NCBI GenBank assembly: GCA_022813965.1
Contig: JALDZS010000164.1
Span: 1-52,673, forward strand
Direction of reading: 5' to 3'
Source: Toensbergia leucococca
Taxonomy: Eukaryota
Length of the DNA stretch: 52,673 nt
The position numbers and the translations under genes were made by a program. Below the pieces are notes generated by a model that saw only the letters and a program-made list of their open reading frames with translations, searched no databases and had not been told where the DNA came from. This document shows, in pieces, positions 1-12,159 of the stretch (positions are counted from its first letter, which is position 1; every line of letters starts with the position of its first letter).

Positions 1-91
1 CACCCCCCCCTCCCCCCCCCCCCCCCCCCCCCCCCTTCCACCTTTAAAAAAAAAAAAAGAAAAAACCCGACCAAACCAACCCACAAACCCC

Positions 92-298
92 CTACTCATC
101 CCCAACCCTCATCTCCCGCTCATAAAAGCACCGATAGCACAGCGCCCTCTCCGTGCTCTCCCACGTACACACCACAGTCTTTGTGCGGCAGGGTTGAAAG
201 AGCGGGGAGTGGTGCTGCTGGTACTCGCATTCGCGGAGGAGGATGTAGTGCGCTGTGCAGCCGCAGAGGGGGTGGATTGTGTGGCGGTAGTAGCACAT
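92..298 (-). CDS. Small Cys-rich protein (68 aa), MCxY..HxLCGC...CxxC type, putative metal-binding
   Basis: ATG at 298 in AAAATG context gives MCYYRHTIHPLCGCTAHYILLREC...RALCYRCFYEREMRVGDE*. The motif is shared with the 2402..2968 ORF. The upstream part of the track ORF 92..745 is low-complexity and probably UTR. Confidence 0.7.
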   Translation of the reverse strand: MCYYRHTIHPLCGCTAHYILLRECEYQQHHSPLFQPCRTKTVVCTWESTERALCYRCFYEREMRVGDE

Positions 299-2401
299 TT
301 TTTTTTGGTTTAGGGGGGGTTTGGCTTCTGGTGAGGTTGGATGGGGGGGCTTGGTGGGGAGGAGGGAGAGGGAAGGGGGGTTTTTGTAGTTGTTGGTGGG
401 ATGAAGAGGGGCTTTGTTGGGGGTGAACAATGGGGTTTGTTTGGTTTTGAGGGATGAGGAGTGAGGGGGGGAGGGTTTTGCAGGGGTGGGTTTGTGGTGA
501 ACAAAGGACCATTGTGAGCGTTGTGCGGTTGAGTAAGTGGTACATACAACAAAGGTATGTTTTGGGCTGTAAGAGCAAGAATAATATCTTTGTAAGGAAT
601 GTCGCAGACAAGAAGTCATTGTTACGGCGCTGAAAGTCTCTGAAAAATGAATGGGATTGTCTTGAGCTTTTCGATTGCTTTGTGTGAAACTAATGAAAGC
701 TAAGACATCAGCGTGCGAGAACAATGAGAGAAATATGTATGCCATGGGCTTTCAAAGTGGCTATACGGAGGAAGATTATGAAAGAAGATGAAGGCTGAGA
801 CGTGAGGTTTGAACATCGCACATGCAAAGTTCGGAACAAGTCAGATGTTTGTAGACGGAATTAGAAACATTGATTAGCAGAGAGGTAGTATTGAATAGAA
901 AAAGATACGCAACTAAGACGAATCCCCCAAAAATGGACTTGGTTACTTGGTTATGCTCTAACCACATCCTCTGTAGGTCAAAGCATTCTTTCTTGGTCTC
1001 CTACGATCTCCATCTCCCTCTAGCAATTGAGGTGTTATCCGTACATAAGCTTCTATCTTTCGAACGGGCGACTCGTCTCTTCCATTGAAGACTGGGTAGG
1101 AGCGCCTATGGTGGGAAAAGGGGGGGAAAAGGGCGCAGGGAGTTCGGAGCTATGCCACATCTTAGTACCCGTATCTCACATTGAACCTTCAGATCTCGTC
1201 TTTCATTCTGTCATTCTCTGCTTCTGCTTCCGCTCCAAGTCCTTTGTGTCCCTTGAGTTCACGTTTCTCAGTTTCGTCTTACTTAAAATTGACTGAATCC
1301 ACTTCACCCTGTATTACTCGCCTTTCTTGAGGGCCATTTCCCTCTTGAAGCGAGCTTCACAGAGTAGCCCTATCGCTCCCGTCTCGAGACAGATCCGACA
1401 GATCTGATAGATGGCCTGGGTACGCATGTGTGAAAATCAAGTGGTGTTCTAAAAGAGACGTTGGTTGTGATCAACCCCTGATCCGATTGGAGGTAAAATT
1501 GGTAAAGAGAAGCTGAGATAGACTAGACTGTGTGTGTGTGAAAGCTTTGGACGGAGGATTGAAATACCACTTTGAGAAGATGAAGAAATTGTTCATTGTT
1601 TCCAGGCTGCGAGATCTTAGCTTGGAAACAATCAGTTGGACAACGTGAAACAATGTTATACAATCGACTTGGCGGACTGTACCTGCAGGATGGCAATTAG
1701 TTCAAGTGACTACGCAATCTTGATTTCATGGTAATGAGTATAAAAGGAATATAAGACCAGGTTTTCATGATGCTACTGGAAGCTTCCATGCGGGTAGACG
1801 TGTGTGCTGACTAGTAGGCTCTTACCAGCAAGCAATCGCCCCTCCTTTGTTATTCAGTGAATATCAGTCCGGATTCTCTTCAGGGATAGTCAGATCTCTC
1901 TAGTCTTATATACCATGAGATATTGGGTCCTAGATTCTTTCAAACATATATATTGACACCGTTAGGGCAGGGTAGATAGATAAGGCTAGGCAGATGGATG
2001 TGTTGAGAAGTATACGTACCTGCATAGAGTTCCCTTGATTACGCCTAGCTTGAGCTGCGAAAGTGGCAAAGAGGATGAAGAATTCTCATGTTAGAAGGCT
2101 TTGTCTACTAGAAAACCGCGATGCTCACCACCCTCTTCAATGTCGTCCAGACGAGTCAATGTTCAGCGTAGGCTTCGCACATTTGAGTGTTATTCTTTTA
2201 ATGTCTCCAACAGTTGCGTAAGCGTTATAGCCTGGACAAGAGGTGTTGAAGCTCACATTGACCATTATATCAGTATCTTCTCCTTCTGGCTTCTGTATTG
2301 AAAAAGACCCTCCACAGCTCTAGCATCTTGATCTCTCAGCCGGCATTCCATATTGAGTATTCCCTCCTAAGTCACACCTCTATTCAAGAAAACATAATCC
2401 G

Positions 2402-2968
2402 ATGTGCATATACGAGGAGGAGGTCCACTCCCTCTGCGGATGTGTTGCTAATCGGAGGATTATATCTACTTGTTTCGACGCCATCTCCGTTGACCTAAGT
2501 CTGGATCCTGCAAATCTTGCGACCTGCGTGGCGCTTTTCAATGACCCTTCAGATCCTACACACGAGGACCTTCGCTCTAATGTCGATCTTTTTAGCCACG
2601 AAGATCTTATTTACTTCATACACATCATTCGAACAACAATCCCAGGCTGCCCTCTTACGTGTCAGTTCTTTGACCGAACGACTCGAAGAGGCTGCCCTGG
2701 CCGGGCATTTTGCCCTAACTGCTTCGACAAGGAAGTGACAAGGAAGTGGGAAGAGTGGATAAAGCTGAAAGACAATTTCGTGGGGGATGAGACGGATAGT
2801 GTTCACCTTCACTACCAGATAATAAAAGATATGACGGATTTTGAAAAGGTTCATGGATTACAGTGTCGGAGGGGGCCCAAGTGTCTTGAAAGGCATCCAC
2901 CTTTTGACCCGGAGAGCGTTGAGGATTTTATTGAGACAATGAGAAGACGGATGGGGGTTTCGATCTGA
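2402..2968 (+). CDS. Cys-rich hypothetical protein (188 aa), same MCxY..HxLCGC...CxxC family
   Basis: Intronless ORF MCIYEEEVHSLCGCVANRRIISTC...RAFCPNCFDKE, matching the 92..298 protein at both Cys clusters. Confidence 0.75.
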   Translation: MCIYEEEVHSLCGCVANRRIISTCFDAISVDLSLDPANLATCVALFNDPSDPTHEDLRSNVDLFSHEDLIYFIHIIRTTIPGCPLTCQFFDRTTRRGCPGRAFCPNCFDKEVTRKWEEWIKLKDNFVGDETDSVHLHYQIIKDMTDFEKVHGLQCRRGPKCLERHPPFDPESVEDFIETMRRRMGVSI

Positions 2969-5900
2969 TGGGACAAAGTGCCATGAGGATAAAGCAGGAG
3001 AAGAATCTTGGACGAGTGCGATATTTTTAATTAACGAACGAGTTTACTCACAATTTGTATGGCTCAACTATTCTCTATATCCCTCATGCAAGCTTTCTGG
3101 TGATGTCTGATGCTGTATTTGATAAAGAAATGAGTCTCGATTATTACCACTTATGAAGCATTCTCACCAAAAGTAAGAAGTGCTTCAATCATCGTATGTG
3201 AGGTAGCGACTCCCACAAGAACGACCAAAAGGTACTTATCAAGAAAGCGGAATGTCGAGGAGAGTTCATCTCAAGGAGGTAAGGAAGTGGAGCGGGAGGA
3301 ACTGTTTGCGTGACAGATTGATAATGCAGAGCAAATACTATTGACGACTTACTGCTCATACTCGTATATCTCTCAGAAAATGTCTTTTGAGGTATCAGAA
3401 AGTAGCTTTACTTTAGTCCTGTAGAGTCTCGATTATACACTGCATACCTCCAGCTCATATGTGACTGGCGCGAGAAATTCACCAATTGAGCTTCAGATTT
3501 CCAGCGACCGAGGGCTATAATCAATACAGCTGAGCAGAGATCTTTAGGAACCGTTGCTCTGAGAAAATTATCAGCGTTAACAGTTCTATTTTTAAATTAT
3601 TATACAATTTGTTAATAGCGTTGCATTTTTTTTGGAGGATAGGGAACGGGGGATTATAATAGAGACTTGGTGCCAACGTTGTACTTTTCAAGGGCTTCGC
3701 CAAGCTCCTGATACCAATTGAAGACTAAAATCTTGAAGCGTCTTAGTGGTGCTGCCAAAGAGCAGATTGCATTGTAGGCACCGTTCCAGCCTGGGGTTCA
3801 TTGTGAGTGGGAAAACTCTTGGAATCATCGAGGCTAGCATTCTCAGACTTAGATCTCTTCTCACTAGAGCTGTTTAAGGTCGAACCGGTGGTGAACAGAC
3901 AAAGTCCTTACTAGGCTTAGATGATTGGTTCTGAACCATTTTCGCCTCCATTACCTGCTTAGGGAATCTTGAGGAGTTGCTGACTTCCCTACCAATGCCT
4001 CAATATGTTTGCCATTGATTCGTCTGCCTCTTCTGTTATTAAGGCCCGTCCCGGCGGTCAGATTGGGCAATAATGGAAGCTATCATAACAAAAGAGTCTT
4101 TGACCGCCAATGGACTACTGAAATTGTGCTTTAAAACATCCCTTGCAACCATGGCATTTCTTGTATCTGCGTTTAGTCATTGCAAACTTAATTAAGAATG
4201 ATAGGGTTGTATCCCGCATGTTTTCGCCACATCGAAGATTCGATCAACTCGGCTGAGCCAATTTTGCAGGCCGACCATGTGGCAAAAGAGACAAGGCATA
4301 AGCAGGATGCCGCTGAAAACAAGCACATGGCAGGATCGAACGTTAGCAACTCAATGCAGGCAGAATTGTCAGCGTGATATGCATAGACGCCTGATTTCAG
4401 CGCGGTGCGGGAATTTCCGGTGCAGCCAAAGAGTAAGCTGAGTGCGGCGAAGAGGTACCTTCATTTGATAGGCCTAAAGTTAATAAATCAAGGGTACTGA
4501 AGCCACGAATGGAGACTTCGAAGTACTACTCGAACATCAAAAACGGCACGATTCGATGATGAAATACTACTAATAGAGTTATTGCGTGGTACATAGGGTG
4601 TTTACAGCTGACATGAAAAGTTAAGAATAACAGCGACAAAGAAGTGAAATACATGAGGGCGTATCAAGTAATCCCGATGATTGATCAAACGTTATAATAA
4701 CAGTTGTTGTAGATGAAATGATGACCAATCGTTCCGTGGCCAATCAGAAGATGGGTACCAACAGAATCAGCTGAGATGCCAGTCTCGAGTGATTACAATG
4801 ACTATCTCAGAGACAAGAAAAGGGTTATGAGACATGATGATCGTGCATCGACACATGAGTTGTTTGCTATCAACATGGCTATGTTCAAGGGATCAGTCTC
4901 ACCGACATGACACGAATCAGACGTCTCGTACGAGTAGCACATCTTGATACTGTGAGGTGATACAAGAGCCGCACACACCAATCGTCGCAAGCAGTGGCGA
5001 ACCGTTTGAGGAGCAGGGTAAAGGTGTACGGGGAAAGCTAAACCAACAACGATTGACGAGGGGTAATGGTGATTGGTGGTGCCTAGTAAGAGCGAGTCTC
5101 AACACATTAGGTACCTATCATGTCGTGTCGGATTATCAATCGAGTTTTTCAAAGGTAGCATGGAGTTGCGTCGGCGCCTGCAACTGACCGACTCGGCGAA
5201 CAGAGAGGTCAAGGTCAAGCCACACGGATCCTCGGTGAGATGCAAGGCGCACTCGGACCATTGTACATAATCTTGACACCGGGGGGGGGGTGGCGGAGAG
5301 CAGCATGACTCGTCTTCTGGTTCAGAGCGGTCATGTCAAGTGTGCCTCGACAAAGTGCGGGAATTAATGCTCGAATTAATGTGAGTAAGTGGGCGGTGTA
5401 ATTGACGAATGACTGCGGGTGTCTACTAATGCCTATTCTAGAGTCAAAGAGGCCAAGTGCAATCTCGCCTAGGAGCAAACCAGTTCGAACCACCAACTTT
5501 AATTGGCACTGCCGATGCAACCCAACCCTATGAGGAGATGACGACTGCCAATAGAACCATAGAAAAGCCACAGGGCGGGGGCTCAGCTTACAGATAATGG
5601 GTATGCCAAGACTGCAGAGACAGAGTTTGTGTGAAGATAGGGAGAGGGGAGAGTATCATCCCAATCTCCTCTTCAGCTTCCTTTGCTCGCAAGCTGCGAC
5701 CTGCATGTGACGGCGGTCAGTCATCGGCGACTGCTGCTGACTTCCACACCATCGTTGCCTTAGCCCACCGGCAACTCTTCCATGTCACTAAGCCCTCAAT
5801 CCACCAATGGCGCATCGACAAATGCCGGGCCCACTATGACTAACACACTCCACCATTTTACCACTTCACTATTTTCCCCACCCACACCTTTTCATCAAAT

Positions 5901-6422
5901 CAAGACAAAGTGCCTTGCAGTCTGTCTATTCCAATGCCACTAATCCCACCGCCGACCGCGCTCCATAATCATGCTAATCATCGCTGCGTCGCTCCCTTTA
6001 GCCCCCAACGGGTAGATTAACGTAAGTGCGCCATGATGGTGTGCATGGGTGCCTATGACTCCAAGCAAGACACCAATCAGGCACCCAACGATTTGATGCT
6101 CTTCAGATCAACATCCCCTGACCAACATATAATGTCAATCTCTCCTCATCCTGATTCTCTCTTTCCGCTCTCATACTCTTCTCAAACGTTCATTGTACCG
6201 AATCTCTTTTCCAAACTCGACTAGCGCAAGTGTTGTTACCGATCATCAACAACAACTCTTATATCTACCTGTCCTCCAACTCTTTCATTTCAAAAAGACA
6301 ACCAGCTCTTCATCTCTGAGCTAGGCAAACTGTCTTCTCAATACACAATCAAAACTTACTATTACATTACCCCTCTTACCACTTATCCTTCCCAATTATA
6401 CTCTCTGCCGCCTACACCTACC

Positions 6423-7076
6423 ATGCCTTCCTTCACTCGACAGGTTGATTTTGCCCCCTCGCCTGTTTACTCTCGCCTTCCTCATGACGATGAGCTCTAC
6501 GTTATGAAGACGTTTGCTCGTCACGCAACCCATTGTCCCTCGTGCTGCCATCCATATGATATTTACCGTCGCGGTTCCACTCTCTGTTCCAAAGGTCATC
6601 AGCGCGCCCTCGACGTCGCCCAATACGTCTACAACAAAGCCGGACAAGCTTACTCTCTTGTCGACCGTGAGGGTAACCAGCGGGTCCAGATTGAGATCCC
6701 TGTCGGCTGTGAAGTTGTACGAGAGCTGCTCAAAGCCATGGAACGAGGTCTACGTCTGATGAAAGCTGCCCCCGCCGTCAGCTATGACGAGACTTATTAT
6801 ATTGCACCACGGCGAGCTCAGTCTACTCATGAATGGCCAGCTGAGAGAGAGGTACGATATGCCCGTAAACCGAGACTTGAAACTGCCGAACCCCCTGCAT
6901 GGTACGATAGACAGCAACGGCGGGAAAAGCCGTACTATTCTGGACGAGGAAGCTTGTACGAGCAAGACATGAAAGAACGGGAGCGCAAATTTGGTAGACA
7001 ACAGCAACCAATTTACTATACTGCCGCTCCTCGAGTACCTCCACCAGTCCCACCCAAGGATCATCGCTGGTACTGA
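6423..7076 (+). CDS. Hypothetical protein (217 aa) with HxxHCxxC...CxxGH putative Zn-ligand cluster
   Basis: CACCATG Kozak-like start after a long CT-rich leader. Intronless ORF with normal composition and motifs HATHCPSC and LCSKGH. Confidence 0.8.
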   Translation: MPSFTRQVDFAPSPVYSRLPHDDELYVMKTFARHATHCPSCCHPYDIYRRGSTLCSKGHQRALDVAQYVYNKAGQAYSLVDREGNQRVQIEIPVGCEVVRELLKAMERGLRLMKAAPAVSYDETYYIAPRRAQSTHEWPAEREVRYARKPRLETAEPPAWYDRQQRREKPYYSGRGSLYEQDMKERERKFGRQQQPIYYTAAPRVPPPVPPKDHRWY

Positions 7077-8094
7077 ACAGTCATCGGTGCAATCAGCAAA
7101 CGATATGATCATTTACTGGACCTAACCCAAGTCGGAATGGATCACGAGATGCATTGACTTGAAATGACACATGCCACCATATGATGAGACATTCCTGCGC
7201 TCAACCCTTTGAATCTCCAAGGCAGGAGATTACTTCATGGTTGCCTTCACCGACATAGGCCCCCAATGGGACGGCGCTTCCCCGGTATTTTTGCCTCCAA
7301 GGATTTGGAAGGTGTACCGGCGCTCGGGACGATGCACTTCGAGACTCTACTTGCGTGGGCTATTAGAAGCAGGAAGTATGACACGGGAGCATGGAATGCA
7401 TCGTGCATGTCTGTCAGGGTTAGAAACGAGGCAGACTCGTTGTGGCGAGAGTGTATTTATGTACCTAGCTAGTCCATGATTACGCTATGATGGAACAAAA
7501 TGACAAAGAATCCAAATAATGTGAAACCACATAATAATAGCAAAGGCCGCATCATTTGCCATGCGCCGAGAGATGGATGGTCGTAGGCAACAAGAGCGCA
7601 ATACTAAGCTGATTCGAGGATTCGCGGGTACGGAGAATTAGATTTGAGAATGGCATCACTCGCATACAGGTATTCTATTCTACTTTCTCGGCCACCGTAG
7701 AAAAGAATGAGAATACTTCTGTTAAACCCAATCGCCACGTGGTTTCAGAACAAGACACAGCCACACTTCTGACCGTTATTCTACGAGTACTCGTGTACTT
7801 TTCTTCAGCCCAATGGGTCAATTGCTCTGCTGGTCAGCTCTCAATCAGTCAACGCCTCGACATTGGATAGAGATGATCAAGATGAGGGTGCTGACTAAGT
7901 AAACTTTGGACCCCTTGAGCGGCGGCAGCAAGCTTCCAATTTTGGACCGTACACGCTCGCCGTCGCACAAACCCTGTCCCTAGCTGTCGATATAGCCGAT
8001 AGTTGCGCCCATGATCACACGAAAGGCCTCACCATCATGGTTCGTCAGTAGAGCCAATACCCCACCCTCATTGGCTAAATACATAGACTCTACA

Positions 8095-9407
8095 ATGCTT
8101 AGTCTTCGTGCTTTGGTTCCAATCCCTCCCGTCGCTCCCGACTTTTATCTCTGTGATCCTGAATATGGTTATGCTCTCGAAACCTTGGACTGTAATCTAG
8201 CTGCAGATCTACAACTTCCACGAGGCCGAGAGAGTGTCAATGCCTTCTTAAACAACCCACGCATGCCATTCTCTCTCCCCTTTACAGTGACACATGGTAA
8301 GAAGCAGTACACGACTTTCCATTACCTAATGTCATGTCTGACCTTTCCGTGCAGGCTCATGTGCTATTTCGATTGAATTTGCAGGTCCGAGCTATGCCGC
8401 TCCTTCTTTCGTTACTATTGTCCCTGACCAGCTTCGTGGCATGGCGAGCTACGTCATTGATCAATGCGTGAGGGCATCTGGGAGTGGTGGATTCATAACA
8501 CGCGGGATGATTTCCTTAGTCGGATACCTCAGCATTACTCCACTATTTGTCAATCCCCTGTCCGTCCGTAAGATAGCCACATAACTCTGCCAGTTTGATC
8601 CAGCTAATAGTTTCAGCGGCCGATCCGTGGTTTACAACCGTTACCATAACTGGTCCGGATGCTCCACTTCGTCGACCTGGCGACACTGATCCCGAAGTCT
8701 CATCCGTGATCATGGAAGCTGATCGCTGGCTTGCAGGTCATCATGCCGAAGGTAGCGAAGACAGAGTTCATTTTCTTGATCTTGCAGACCGATCAGAGTG
8801 GCGAGCTCATGAGATGCGGCGAGGAGGCTCATTGAATTGGTGGGATCCATACCCTACGCCCGTCAGCGAAATGACCTACGTATGCGACGCAAACCTTGGA
8901 AGCCCTGCCGTAGTCGACTGTAATCAACTGCAGTGGCGTAGGCTGGGACCCGCGTCTGATAGTGTAGATTTGAGACCAGCAGAGCCAAAATTCTTCTCTA
9001 CCAGTAAGTTTCTTAAAACCGTCAAATGCGTTTTGACATGAACCATTTGCTATCTTGCTGGCTACTGACAACGAGCTATAGACTCCTGCAGCCTTGTCAT
9101 CTCCGCAATTACAATGCTTTCTGTTACTTGGGGCCAGCTCCAGATCGCCCTGGAAACACTCATGAATAGTTGCATTGAAAACCCGCTCAGGGGGCCGCAA
9201 GGAGGTCGAGCGTACTTCGGGGCCCAGGCGTCATCTACCAATGGCAAGGTGAGTGGTACGAGTAGCCACGAAGTCCTCACTGGTTTAAATGCCCTGCCAC
9301 CATACGTGAATATGACAATCTTCGCGCATAGCGGATCATCAAATCTCAGTTGCGAGTGGCAAGCAGTGCGAAATGGCATAGCTCTCTCGACCTGCGAAAC
9401 TCCTTGA
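8095..9407 (+). CDS. Four-exon Cys-rich protein with two CDxx[YL]G..DC domains
   Basis: Exons about 8095-8296, 8355-8567, ~8611/8618-9004 and 9082-9407, joined by GTAAG...AG introns. They link track ORFs 8011..8376, 8595..9041 and 9114..9407. The start could instead be the ATG at 8011. Confidence 0.7.
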
Positions 9408-10874
9408 AAGATAACAAAGTAGCAATTGTACTGTTCCCGATACTTGATGTACTTCACCAGTCCAGTCCTCCAGTTTTCTTCGGATGCAGCTTTCACGGCA
9501 TCTTTCAGAAGCATCAGCAATCCTATTGGAAGGTCTAATCTACAAGGTCTGATATCGCTTCTCGAAAAATCTTCTTCACCCTTGATGATGTGTACGATTA
9601 CGCGTCGAAGACGGGGTACAAACAAAAAGCATCTGTTACCCCCACCCATGCAAGGAACTCATACCAATGGATTGTGCGCTACAGTCACATCACTTGTCCA
9701 GCCTGCTCCAAAGCTTGGCTCGGAACAGACAATCACCATGACGGGAACGGACAATACTGGAAGACTGCGACTTGCAAGACGGAAAGGATAGCAAAATCAC
9801 CGTTGATGCATGTGATAATGTGATATGGCTTGACACAGCAGGAGAGCAGCTACCGAAAATGCCCCAGCTCAGGAACGTGGCTTTGGCCGAGTCTTAAGTT
9901 GAAACTCTTTCAGTAGCATATACAGTCCACTCTACTGTCTGTGTAGGCAAGTTTTTGAGAAGGGTCATCTCTTAAGAGGTGGCTTCCTACAATGTTTACA
10001 ATAGGCATTATGAATAGGTGGAAAGGTGCCGAAGGAGAGACTAAAAGGAACTGGGAGTGAAAGATATCCTACCAGGAGCGGTCCAAACATTTCTCCTTTC
10101 TCCATAATATCTCTTCAGACAGGTATTCGACCTTGTGATCATTTGGCTGCTTGCAAAAGAGTCCATGCCATGATGGTTATGCGGAGAAATAATCATGGCC
10201 ACTATGTACGCGCAGTACAAGCGCGCCATTCGCACAATCGTCTCAAAGCAACAATGGTGAAATCTAGAACCGACTCATAAGAAATTACCTAATCACCAAC
10301 CTGTCTTCCTTGATCGCTTCAACAAACCTTCTCTCAAATTGTCGCACTAATCTACTTTTCCTAAACAATGCTTCGTTTCAAAACGGGGCACACACAATTA
10401 GCGGCTAACATCTGGATAGTTAGTTCCTCGCAACCAAGAGTGCTCTCAGCTGTTTTGCGTACTGTTCGAGCCCTCTCAACGCCAAATTCGAAACCGATCA
10501 GTAGCTTCACGTGGCTAAACCTGCACCATGCAAGAATCGTCGTTGTAGCATCGACTTTCTACAGCATCAGCACTCTTGGCCTTTAACGAAGACGCGATAC
10601 CCGCTACATTAGAAACAACAAAGAGCGGGCCAGGAGAGATGGAGAAAATTATCGAGCCAGGGAATTGAAAAGACCCGAAGCTATATACAAGAAGCCAAGC
10701 CTTTCCTGAGTTCCAATTTGAACATTGGGAGCCACAGCATCGATTGTTTTTTTCTCTCCCCTTGGCCCACACTCTCTTTAGGAACATATCCAATTAGTGC
10801 GGGAGATTCCTCAAGCAGTCTCTCCTCAATCTCTTCCCTTTCATTCGTTCCAAGACAATTCATCAACCCTAGTC

Positions 10875-11669
10875 ATGAGGTTCACAACCCTAGTGGTGTT
10901 ATTCAGCGGCACAGCTCTTCTACACAATGTCGCCGCTTTTCCCATACGATCCGGTAGAATCCTATCATCTGCTATACCAAGGCCATTGCATAACTGACAG
11001 TTGGTAGACAGTCTCGCGGAAACGTTGGAGGTATCCGAACCTATATTCGTTCGGAACTCAATCTCGCTTGGTGACCTGACTGAGCGAGATGAGCCTCATC
11101 ACACTGGGGAACATGCGCACAAGCACCATGACGAAAATCACCATCATAGCGCAGCAGCCGAGGAAGAGTGGAGACAGTCGCATCATAAAGTTGAGGCCAG
11201 CAAGCGAGCCCAGACTTATTGCCATCCTGGAGAACATTGCCATCATACATACTATCATGATGGACATAAGCATGGTGAATACTATCATCATCACAACGCG
11301 ACTGCTGAGAAAGAGTGGAAAGAGGCGCATCCCAAAGCGGCCCAAGCCGCTCAGGCATATAAGTCCTCGCACCACAATGCAACAGCTACACATAAGCACT
11401 ATTCACAAAAGCTGAAAATGCGAGGCGAAAAGCAGGGGACATCTGAATCCCATGCCAAGGACACATCTATAGAGGACACAGCTTACCCAGGTGTCACGGC
11501 CGGAGAGTCGACGACTTTCTCGCACGTATCCCCTGCGATGTCGGACAATAGCGAGTCGGGTGAGGAAACGGGCCTTCATGCATTGGCAGCGGCACCAATG
11601 GCAGGATGGGGAAAATCAACTAAACGAGACTTTGAGCTTTTGGACTGGGAAGATGCCGTGAGGGAATAA
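10875..11669 (+). CDS. Secreted histidine-rich repeat protein
   Basis: Signal peptide MRFTTLVVLFSGTALLHNVAA|FP. Intron about 10954-11007 (GTAGAA...CTGAC...TAG) restores the frame into the 11001..11669 ORF. Confidence 0.8.
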
Positions 11670-12159
11670 CAGTCATTAAGTTGGAAATGACTCTTGATCC
11701 GGCTGGTTACGGAAGATAGTAGTCGTGCGAGCTTTTGCTAGCGAAGTGTTGCCCAGACTGCAGAAAGACAGCGGCGTGTTGTTCAACAGCTTGTGGCCAA
11801 TCCAGATTGAACCTTTTGCTTCATTGGCCTTGATTAGGGATACAACGGTCGTTAGATATTTTTATCGTATTGATGCTTAGCTATCCAGCCAGTATTCGAG
11901 ATTCGTCTGTCTTCTTGCGTAGCTTCACGTGGGCTTGCTGTAATGCTGTAATGCTGTAATCCTGCAAGATAGTTGTTCATATGCCTAGTCATGTGATGGC
12001 CGACCAATTGATTGGAATCCTACGAGTAGATAAAGGAGTTATCTTACGGATATTCAAAAATCCGGTCATCCTTGCGTGGCTGAGACATGCGCCTCTCCCG
12101 TACGGAACTCGGTAGAAGGTACGGAGTAGAGTAGCCGTATCGATAGTATTATATCTCTA

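Noticed and set aside
1..62. Telomere
   Set aside because: Poly-C and poly-A runs rather than CCCTAA repeats. More likely a low-complexity contig edge.
120..745. Long Pro-rich ORFs (120..611, 310..552, 5' part of 92..745)
   Set aside because: Stop-free frames arise from C/A-rich low complexity. Only the Cys-rich 68-aa part is supported, by paralogy.
9426..10800. Short ORFs between the two secreted-type genes
   Set aside because: No motifs, non-ATG or weak starts and overlapping frames. Treated as intergenic.
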